In this document: positions 1 to 8,241 of the stretch, piece by piece
Numbering within the stretch: the stretch's first letter is position 1
How the letters are laid out: every line of letters begins with the position of its first letter
Source of the DNA: Planctomycetota bacterium
GTDB taxonomy: Bacteria; Planctomycetota; B15-G4
Direction: 5' to 3'
NCBI GenBank assembly: GCA_038212275.1
Contig: JBBQUR010000001.1
Coordinates: 1 to 64,000, forward strand
Length of the DNA stretch: 64,000 nt
Position numbers and translations under genes: made by a program
The notes under the pieces: model-generated
What the model saw: only the letters and a program-made list of their open reading frames with translations
The model's database searches: none
What the model was told of the DNA's origin: nothing

Positions 1-832
<832 letters not shown>

Positions 833-840
833 CATTTCTT

Positions 841-871
841 CGCTGCCCCGCCGTAAAGGGCCGGGGCAGCG
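841..871 (+). other. GC-rich stem-loop in the 23S-5S spacer
   Basis: Inverted repeat CGCTGCCCCG...CGGGGCAGCG. Confidence 0.6.
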
Positions 872-939
872 CTGAATCGCATCCGAGGGAATGCTTCGAA
901 TCGTCTTAGTTTCTTGGCGCCCTCACCCAGAGATATTTA

Positions 940-1050
940 TCCCGGTGCTAATGCCGATCTGGCCACACCTGTTCCCATTCCGAACACAGTCGTTAAGCAG
1001 ATCGGGCCGATGGTATTGGTCAAAGCCGAGAGAGTAGGTGAGTGCCGGGG
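940..1050 (+). rRNA. rrf: 5S rRNA (short, ~110 nt)
   Basis: CCCGGTG...CACACCTGTTCCCATTCCGAACACAG..GTTAAG...GCCGATGGTA...GAGAGTAGG...GTGCCGGG. The termini pair and it follows the 23S gene. Confidence 0.95.
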
Positions 1051-1060
1051 TTTTTCTGCT

Positions 1061-1116
1061 GAGCGGGCCCGCGGCCAGCGCATGAAGCGCTTGGACGCGG
1101 GCCTGCTCTTTTTTTA
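1061..1116 (+). terminator. Intrinsic terminator of the rRNA operon
   Basis: Hairpin GAGCGGGCCCGCGGCCAGCGC-ATGAA-GCGCTTGGACGCGGGCCTGCTC followed by a T8 run. Confidence 0.85.
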
Positions 1117-1378
1117 CCCGATCGAGCCCGTCTGCTTTTCGGCCATCCGCCGATGTGCCTATGCTGGTGGATTCAGGACGCATTTGATCCGGAGGCAGAC
1201 GCCGGTCATGGCTGGTTGCTCTTCGGCGTGCATGAGCCCGTTACGGCTCGGGGGGAATCGAGGCCGGGCGCCCGGTGCCGAATGCCATCGAGGGCCAGAT
1301 TCAAGTTTTGCAGCCACACGCGCTGGCGTGGCAGCTCTTCCACGCCTGCCGGCACGCCTTCGGGTTAGGATTGGCCAG

Positions 1379-3061
1379 ATGATTCATCACCAGAATTTTG
1401 CGGTCGGCCATTTGCGTCGTGTGCGTCGTGCTGTCGTCGCGTTCGTCGTCATCGGATCGCTGGCGAGCCTCACGGGCTGTGGAGAGGGTTCACCGGAGTC
1501 GTCGTCGTTGTCAAAGCCCACATCAGAGGGCGGGCAGGGATCCACCGAGCCGAGCCCGGCAGCCGCTGGTGCTCCCAGGCAATCGGCTTCTGCCTCAGCG
1601 GCGACCTTCGGGAGTCAGTCGAGGCCGGCCGTTCGCAACGTCATCCTGATCTCTATCGATACTCTCAGGGCCGACAGGCTGGAGACTTTCGGGTACCGCC
1701 AGCCGACATCGCCGAATCTTGCCGCGCTTGCGCAGCGGTCAGTCGTGTTCGATCACGCTCAGTCGCAGGCACCGCAGACAGCGCCGTCGCACGCTTCGCT
1801 CTTCACTTCCGAGTACCCCGGCACGCACGGGATCATCAACGTTCACGGGAATCATCCCTCATTTCCGACTCTGCCTGCCGGCTTGACGACTCTTGCCGAG
1901 GTATTCCAGCGCGCGGGGCACGAGACCGCTGCATTCGTGTGCGGAGGGAATCTGACCAAGCACATGATGATGAACCGTGGCTTCGATGCCTGGGACGAAA
2001 GGAACGAGGACGTCAAACTTCGGGCCGATGCGTTGCTTCGATGGCTTGATCGGCCACACGAAAGGCCTTTTCTTGCCTTGCTCCACACCTATCAGGTGCA
2101 TGCCCCTTACGTGCCGCCAGCTGAGTTGGTGCCGCAGTTCACTGATGGCTCGTACAACGGCCCCTTACGCGACCGGCTTGAGCGTTATCTGAAGCTGCCT
2201 CCCGACCAGGCATGGCAGGGCGGAGTCGGGGAAGACTACTGGGAGGGAATGCTCGACTATACCGAGGCTGATGTGCGCTTCCTGTCTGGGTTGTATGACG
2301 CTGAAATCGCGCATGTTGACGCCGAGCTGCGACGAATCATCTCGACCGTGTTTCTTGGGCCGCTGGCGTCGGACACCGCCATCATCATCGTTGCAGATCA
2401 TGGCGAGGAGTTTCGAGATCACGGCAAATACCAGCACGATCAGACCTTCGAGGAACTGATACACGTGCCGCTCATCGTGCACCTGCCCGTCAGTCTCGAG
2501 CGCTCTGGGTGGATCGGGCGCGTGGGTGTGGGCGTCCAGCTGATCGACGTGGCGCCGACGATTGCCGATCTGGCGGGGCTGAATTGGAGCGGGTTGGGCT
2601 GGGAGGGGCGGTCGCTCGTCCCGATGCTGGATCCGGCGACGCGCGAAGCAGCCAGCGCTCAGAGCATTCCGCGTTATTCCGAGCTCGTCGTGATGCCCGG
2701 CCCGAAGAGGTACGGTTGCGTCACTGCGAACGGCTGGAAGTACACGCACATCCATCAACAGGACATCGACAAGACCTGGGAATCGCTGTTCGATCTGTCG
2801 AGCGATCCTGGCGAGTCTCGGAATCGAATCGACGAGAAGTCCAGCGAAGTTACGGTGATCCTGGGAAAATTAAGGCAATTGCTGGCTGAGCGTCGGTACG
2901 CCAATCAGCGGGATTCCGCAGCGTCCGGTGCGGCTGGCAATGCCGAAATGGACGAGGAGGCCCGGCGGGCGCTGACCGCACTGGGATACCTCCAAGAAAG
3001 CGGGCCACAGCAGACGTCGCCCGAGGTGAAAGCGCCTGTCGAGACGGCGGAGCCGAAATAG
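1379..3061 (+). CDS. Sulfatase-like (alkaline phosphatase superfamily) lipoprotein with Thr at the nucleophile position
   Basis: NVILISIDTLRAD, QTAPSHASLFTSEYP, LHTYQVHAPY, ADHGEEF, HVPLIV, DPGE motifs; lipobox LTGC. The tracked ORF start at 914 overlaps the 5S gene, so ATG 1379 was chosen. Confidence 0.85.
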   Translation: MIHHQNFAVGHLRRVRRAVVAFVVIGSLASLTGCGEGSPESSSLSKPTSEGGQGSTEPSPAAAGAPRQSASASAATFGSQSRPAVRNVILISIDTLRADRLETFGYRQPTSPNLAALAQRSVVFDHAQSQAPQTAPSHASLFTSEYPGTHGIINVHGNHPSFPTLPAGLTTLAEVFQRAGHETAAFVCGGNLTKHMMMNRGFDAWDERNEDVKLRADALLRWLDRPHERPFLALLHTYQVHAPYVPPAELVPQFTDGSYNGPLRDRLERYLKLPPDQAWQGGVGEDYWEGMLDYTEADVRFLSGLYDAEIAHVDAELRRIISTVFLGPLASDTAIIIVADHGEEFRDHGKYQHDQTFEELIHVPLIVHLPVSLERSGWIGRVGVGVQLIDVAPTIADLAGLNWSGLGWEGRSLVPMLDPATREAASAQSIPRYSELVVMPGPKRYGCVTANGWKYTHIHQQDIDKTWESLFDLSSDPGESRNRIDEKSSEVTVILGKLRQLLAERRYANQRDSAASGAAGNAEMDEEARRALTALGYLQESGPQQTSPEVKAPVETAEPK

Positions 3062-3274
3062 GTGAGCCGCTCGACCATACGAAGTGTCGTTACGGCTCCC
3101 TCACGGTAATGGTCTCGAGCGCAGGAGCGCTGCCCGGCGCAGACGAACGCTTGGGGTTTCGGCTGCGGTCTGTTCGATATCCGAGGGCACTCTGCGAGAG
3201 GCGCTGCGGCTGCCAGCCAAGGCAGACATCCCGCATGATGCTGCAGTCGCAGGCTTGAGTCGATGGGGGCTGAG

Positions 3275-3351
3275 TGGTCGGGGTGACTGGATTTGAACCA
3301 GCGGCCTTCTGCTCCCAAAGCAGACGCGCTACCAAGCTGCGCTACACCCCG
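3275..3351 (-). tRNA. tRNA-Pro (UGG)
   Basis: Reverse complement CGGGGTGTAGCGCAGCTTGGTAGCGCG-TCTGC-TTTGGGA-GCAGA-AGGCCGCTGGTTCAAATCCAGTCACCCCGACCA; CCA encoded. Confidence 0.97.
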
Positions 3352-3576
3352 CAGGCTGCTGAAAGTGTAACGGAAGACGGCCCGTTCCGACGTCCGCCCG
3401 TTCCGGTGGTGGCTGTCGGAATCGACGCGATGCATCCGCCCATGCGTTTGTGGTCGAACTCCGGCTCAGGGGCCGTGAGACGGCACAACGTGCTCATCGG
3501 TGCAACACGCAGCTTCTGCCATCCTCATCGTGCCCGGCGCAATGGGGACATGGCGATTGCCTCTGCGTCGCGAGCG

Positions 3577-4188
3577 TCACAGCCGCGGCCGGACCACACC
3601 CACGACCTTTCCGTGAATCTGTACGTCGCGGCTCCAGATGGGCTGGAGTTCGTCATTCTCGGGCTGCAGCCGGATGCGGTCTCCGTCCTTGAAGAATCGC
3701 TTCAGCGTGGCCTTCAGCCCACCCGACGCCTCGTCGGGCAGCATCGCCACGACGATGTCGCCGTTGCGCGCCGTCTGGGTGGGCTTGACGATGACAAGGT
3801 CACCCGGGCAGATGTGCGCCTTGATCATCGAGTTCCCTTCGACGGCAAGCATGTAGCAACCGTCTCCTGGGGACGCCAGATCTTCGATTCCGAATGACTC
3901 CTCGACCTCGATGGCCTCGATGGCGGCGCCGGCGGCGATGCGCCCCTTCACCGTGAATGTCCTGGAGGTCTTCTCCTCGGGCGGAGGCATGAGCGTGATC
4001 GATCGCGCCATGTTGCGAGTCTTCTTGAGAGCACCCTTCTTCTCCAGAGCGTTCACATGCTCGTAGATCGTGATCTTCGAGACGCTGAAGAACTCCGACA
4101 TCTCCTCGAGTGTCGGTGCGATGCCCCGATCACGGATGAAGTCGCGGATGAAGTTGAGCACTGCGAGCTGCTTCTCGGTGAGGAACAT
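3577..4188 (-). CDS. lexA: SOS repressor LexA
   Basis: N-terminal LTEKQ...GIAPTLEEM...LEKKG HTH; Ala-Gly cleavage site GRIAAG; catalytic Ser (VEGNSM) and Lys (ATLKRF). Confidence 0.96.
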   Translation of the reverse strand: MFLTEKQLAVLNFIRDFIRDRGIAPTLEEMSEFFSVSKITIYEHVNALEKKGALKKTRNMARSITLMPPPEEKTSRTFTVKGRIAAGAAIEAIEVEESFGIEDLASPGDGCYMLAVEGNSMIKAHICPGDLVIVKPTQTARNGDIVVAMLPDEASGGLKATLKRFFKDGDRIRLQPENDELQPIWSRDVQIHGKVVGVVRPRL

Positions 4189-4198
4189 GTCTCTCCGA

Positions 4199-4279
4199 TC
4201 AGACGAAAAGGACGATCAGGAACATGACCAGCATCGCGCCCACGGCGAGCGCTTCGGTATCCAGGAGTTCTCGGACCAT
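4199..4279 (-). CDS. Putative 26-aa single-TM small protein MVRELLDTEALAVGAMLVMFLIVLFV (not in the ORF track)
   Basis: ATG at 4279 preceded by GAAGGAGAGACACG; GC-type codon usage; TGA ends 10 nt before the lexA ATG; hydrophobic C-terminal helix. Confidence 0.65.
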   Translation of the reverse strand: MVRELLDTEALAVGAMLVMFLIVLFV

Positions 4280-4322
4280 CGTGTCTCTCCTTCGGGTTGG
4301 GTTGCGGGATCTTCGCGGGATG

Positions 4323-4383
4323 AGATTAGGTGTCTGTTACCTAATATCGGCCGTAGGCCGACGGACTTTAGGTGAAGATTAGG
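4323..4383. promoter_or_regulatory. Candidate LexA operator region: palindrome ATTAGGT-N7-ACCTAAT (4325-4345) plus TTAGG half-sites at 4368-4372 and 4379-4383
   Basis: Perfect 7-bp inverted repeat and repeated TTAGG cores in an AT-rich patch directly upstream of the smallORF-lexA unit. Confidence 0.6.
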
Positions 4384-4819
4384 ATAAATGTCTTCGGCTT
4401 GACTCAGGGCGGTGGAGCCGCCCGACCTGGCGTCCTCCGGGGCGCTGGTTTGCCACGCTCGCGCCGTTCGTAAGCTGTTATGGGCGCTCGGCGATATGGC
4501 GATTGTTGCTGTCTTTGACCATCCCTAACTTCCCGGTTTTCGTGCCTCCATGCGCCGGCGTGAGGCAACCACGTGGACCGATCGATTCAGAAGGAACGCG
4601 AATCCAGGGTTGTGGCCGATAGTCTCACCGGACGGAAGCGGCGAGCGCGCATTGCTGGCAGCAGGATGCCCTGGGCGGCGCGAATCTTCGTCGGCGAGGG
4701 CCGTCCCGAGGAGCAGCTTCGGGTTCATCCGTGGCAGGCTGTGTTTCTGCTGATCGCTCGGGCGCCGATATCCGGCATTGAGTGTGCATCCAGCGGATTG
4801 CCATCCTGAAGGTGTGGTG

Positions 4820-6466
4820 TTGGAAACCGTCGTGAAGCCCGAATCTCCGAGTCTTGTCATTCCGGGGCCGGACGTCCCACGCATGCTGGCGCAGCTGCAC
4901 CCGCTTGAACTTCCCCGCCGGAGTGTCGAGGTACTCGTCATTGGCGGGGGTGTGGCAGGCCTCTCCGCGGCGATCGCTGCCAGCGAGTCGCGCGACACCC
5001 TGGTCCTGCTCAAGGCAGGGCGGAGTGACACGGCAACGTCATGGGCGCAAGGCGGGATGGCCGCGGCGTTGGGCCGTGACGACAGTACCGATCTGCACAT
5101 GAAGGACACGCTCGCCGTAGCCTCTGGCCTCGGCCACACCGATATCACCCGGGCGATCGTCGGTTCAGGTCCGGACGTCGTCGAACGGTGGCTGGCGTGG
5201 GGGGGGGCGTTTGATCGCGAGGACGACGATCACCTCATGCTGGCTCGCGAGGGCGGGCACTCGGTATCACGCATCATGCATGCCGGGGACCAGACCGGCG
5301 CGGAGATCCAGCGCCTGCTCGTCGCGCGCGCTGCATCCATGCCGAGGCTCTCTGTCCTCGAGAACACCTTCGTGCTGGACCTGATCACGGATGGCCGCGT
5401 CGTTCGCGGTGCGATCGCGTGGACCCCTCGTCAGGGCTTCTTCAGCGTCTGGGCCGGGGCGACCATCCTGTGCACCGGCGGCGTCGGACAGATCTTCCGC
5501 GAGACGACCAATCCGGCCGTCGCGACGGGCGACGGGATCGCCATGGCGTATCGAGCGGGTGCGCGGCTCCGAGGCATGGAGTTCGTGCAGTTTCACCCGA
5601 CGGTGCTCTACGTTGCGGGCATGTCGCGGTTTCTCGTGAGCGAGACAGCGCGTGGGGAAGGTGGGATCCTGCGCGATCGCACCGGTTTCCGATTCATGCC
5701 CGAATACCATGTGGACGCGGAACTCGCTCCCCGCGACGTGGTGTCACGCGCCATCGTGCGGCAGCTTGCGAAGGTTCATGACACGCACGTGTATCTGGAC
5801 ATGACCCACCTCCCAGGCGACCGCATCCGGCGCCGATTCCCCGTGATCTACCAGGCATGCCTCGATTTCGGCATCGACATGACGCGTGACCTGATCCCGG
5901 TGCATCCGGCCTGCCATTACATGGTGGGCGGCGTGCTCACGGACGACCGCGGCCTTAGCTCCCTCGACAACCTCTACGCTTGCGGCGAAACGGCCTCGAC
6001 CGGCCTGCACGGCGCCAATCGCATGGGCAGCAACTCGCTCCTCGAGGGGGCCGTGATGGGGCAGCGCGCAGGCGAACGTGCTGCCAGCGCCGCGCGCCAG
6101 GTCGACATGCGCGCGGACGGTTCCAGTTTCGGCAGCCGCTCCTACGCAGGGCACCTCGACTTGCAGGACCTCGACAATGCGCTGCGGTCGCTGATGTGGC
6201 GCCTCGTCGGTATCGAGCGCGACGGCCCAGGTCTCGGCGCAGCGTGTTCCCGCCTGCAGACCTGGAATCATCTCGTGAGCCAGCGGGTGTTTGGCGACCC
6301 GCAGGGGTGGGTGCTCGTCAACAAGCTGCTCGTGGGCTGGCTCATCGCGCGCTCGGCAAGCAGCCGCGAAGAGACGCGCGGAACGCACTTCCGCCGGGAT
6401 TACGATGCGCTGGACGACGTGCATTGGCGTCGTGACCTGGAAGTGGTGAGGCCCGACCGCATTTGA
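4820..6466 (+). CDS. nadB: L-aspartate oxidase
   Basis: VLVIGGGVAGL FAD motif, TSWAQGGMAA, REGGHS, MEFVQFHPT, ELAPRDVVSRAI, HYMVGGV, TGLHGANRMGSNSLLEG. Start uncertain (4778-4883). Confidence 0.93.
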   Translation: METVVKPESPSLVIPGPDVPRMLAQLHPLELPRRSVEVLVIGGGVAGLSAAIAASESRDTLVLLKAGRSDTATSWAQGGMAAALGRDDSTDLHMKDTLAVASGLGHTDITRAIVGSGPDVVERWLAWGGAFDREDDDHLMLAREGGHSVSRIMHAGDQTGAEIQRLLVARAASMPRLSVLENTFVLDLITDGRVVRGAIAWTPRQGFFSVWAGATILCTGGVGQIFRETTNPAVATGDGIAMAYRAGARLRGMEFVQFHPTVLYVAGMSRFLVSETARGEGGILRDRTGFRFMPEYHVDAELAPRDVVSRAIVRQLAKVHDTHVYLDMTHLPGDRIRRRFPVIYQACLDFGIDMTRDLIPVHPACHYMVGGVLTDDRGLSSLDNLYACGETASTGLHGANRMGSNSLLEGAVMGQRAGERAASAARQVDMRADGSSFGSRSYAGHLDLQDLDNALRSLMWRLVGIERDGPGLGAACSRLQTWNHLVSQRVFGDPQGWVLVNKLLVGWLIARSASSREETRGTHFRRDYDALDDVHWRRDLEVVRPDRI

Positions 6467-7752
6467 AGCGAGAACCGATCGACGTGACCGACCGGCCAGA
6501 GGTCGCGGTGCTCTTCGGCTGCATCAGCGGCGACGTCGGCAGGGGCGATCCGCTCGACGAACTGGCGGGACTCGCGGAGGCCGCGGATGTCGGCGTAGCG
6601 GCGCGGCTGGTGCAGCGCCTGGCGCGTCCGATCGCCGCCACCTACATCGGATCCGGCAAGGTCGAAGAGCTTGCCGAGCTCGTGCGCTCCGTCCACGCGG
6701 ACCTCGTTCTGGCGGACATGGATCTGTCGCCGGCGCAGGCTCGCAACCTGACCCGCCTGCTCGGTGTCCGCGTCGTGGATCGTTCGGAACTGATCATGGA
6801 CATCTTCGCGCGGCGTGCGCGCACGGCCCAGGCGCAGCTCCAGGTGGAGCTCGCGCAGCTGCAATACGCGTTGCCCCGCCTGCGCGGCCAATGGAGCCAC
6901 CTCGACCGTTACCGCGGTGGTGGTGTCGGGACCCGTGGGCCGGGCGAAAAGCAGATCGAGACGGATCGCCGGCTGGTGCAGAAGCGCATCCAGGAACTCA
7001 AGGCACGGCTGCAGGTCTACGAGCAGCGCACGCGGATCGCGATTGCCGGCCGTTCCCAGACACGCAAGGTAGCGCTGGCCGGATACACGAACACCGGCAA
7101 ATCGACGCTGTTCAATGCGCTCACGGGCGCCGAAGTGCTGACGGCCAACCGGCTCTTCGCGACTCTCGACACGCGCACCCGCAAGTGGGACATCGCCGGT
7201 TGTCAGGACGTGCTGCTCTCCGACACCGTCGGATTCGTGCGCCATCTGCCGCATCACCTCGTCGCCTCGTTCCACGCGACGCTGGAAGAGGTGATCGAGG
7301 CCGACCTCATCCTGCACGTCGTCGACGCCACGGATGCCGACGCATCCGGCCAGATCAGCGCCGTGGAGGACGTGATGGCTTCCATCGGCGCGGCGCATGT
7401 GCCCGTGATCATGGTGCTCAACAAGATCGACCGGCTGACCGACACGATGGAGCTGCAGGCGTTGCTCAACACGCAGTCCGGCGCGCTGCCGGTCTCCGCG
7501 CGGACCGGTGCGGGGCTTCCCGAACTGGCAGCACGCGTGAGCGCGCACTTTGCCGGGGCCCAGCGCCGCTACCGGGTCAACGTGCCGATGTCGCTTGGAC
7601 GGGCGATGGCCAGGCTGCGCGACATTGCTCGTGTCGTCGAGAGCGATGCCACGGCGGAAGCCATGCGCTTTCTCGTCTCGGTGGACGCCCGGCACCTCAC
7701 GCAGCTTCGCGCCTGGGCGGAGCACGAGGGCTTGCTGCTGGAGAATGCCTGA
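6463..7752 (+). CDS. hflX: Ribosome-splitting GTPase HflX
   Basis: YIGSGKVEE, LIMDIFARRA, GTRGPGEKQIETDRR, GYTNTGKS, LFATLD, DTVGF, NKID. Confidence 0.96.
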   Translation: MKREPIDVTDRPEVAVLFGCISGDVGRGDPLDELAGLAEAADVGVAARLVQRLARPIAATYIGSGKVEELAELVRSVHADLVLADMDLSPAQARNLTRLLGVRVVDRSELIMDIFARRARTAQAQLQVELAQLQYALPRLRGQWSHLDRYRGGGVGTRGPGEKQIETDRRLVQKRIQELKARLQVYEQRTRIAIAGRSQTRKVALAGYTNTGKSTLFNALTGAEVLTANRLFATLDTRTRKWDIAGCQDVLLSDTVGFVRHLPHHLVASFHATLEEVIEADLILHVVDATDADASGQISAVEDVMASIGAAHVPVIMVLNKIDRLTDTMELQALLNTQSGALPVSARTGAGLPELAARVSAHFAGAQRRYRVNVPMSLGRAMARLRDIARVVESDATAEAMRFLVSVDARHLTQLRAWAEHEGLLLENA

Positions 7753-7767
7753 CAGGCGGTTCCCGGC

Positions 7768-8241
7768 TCAGCGCAGCCGCAGCACCTGCCCGATGTAGAT
7801 CGCATCCGCATCGGCGAGATTGTTCAGGCGCATGAGTTCACCGGCCTTCGTGGCGGATCCGAGCAGCTTCTGCGCGATGGTGGAGAGCGTGTCGCCGGAC
7901 TGCACGACGTAGAACGCGGCAGGATCGTCGTGCGGCGGAGCAGCCGGTGTTCCGCCGGGGCCGGGTGTCGCCACGGGAGGCGCAGGCTGCTGCCCGGCAT
8001 CTCCCGGCGGAGCATCATGCGTCGGCGTCGCGTCGGAGAGGGGCGGCTTCCGCGAAGGCGGGGGCTCGACCAGCACGGGAACAGGCTGCGGAACCCGCCC
8101 GAGTCGCAGGTGGACTACGTCGCTGTCGCCTGGCGCCGGGGCGGGCGGCGCCGCAGGTGCGTGAAGCGATTCAACGACCAGAACGGCGAGGCCGACTGCG
8201 ACCAGGAAGAGCAGCAGCAGCAGCGCCCGTCGCAGGTTCAG
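7768..8241 (-). CDS. Membrane-anchored LysM peptidoglycan-binding protein (TM/signal, Pro-rich linker, C-terminal LysM); probable CTG start
   Basis: LysM YVVQSGDTLSTIAQKLLGSATKAGELMRLNNL...IYIGQVLRL. The frame stays open 55 codons upstream of the tracked GTG (8076) and encodes NLRRALLLLLFLVAVGLAVLVV. Confidence 0.8.
   Translation of the reverse strand: MNLRRALLLLLFLVAVGLAVLVVESLHAPAAPPAPAPGDSDVVHLRLGRVPQPVPVLVEPPPSRKPPLSDATPTHDAPPGDAGQQPAPPVATPGPGGTPAAPPHDDPAAFYVVQSGDTLSTIAQKLLGSATKAGELMRLNNLADADAIYIGQVLRLR

Noticed and set aside
3062..3351. Integrative element at tRNA-Pro(UGG)
   Set aside because: No integrase and no duplicated tRNA 3' end found.
4525..4809. Short ORFs between lexA and nadB
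   Set aside because: No RBS, recognisable motif or typical codon usage.
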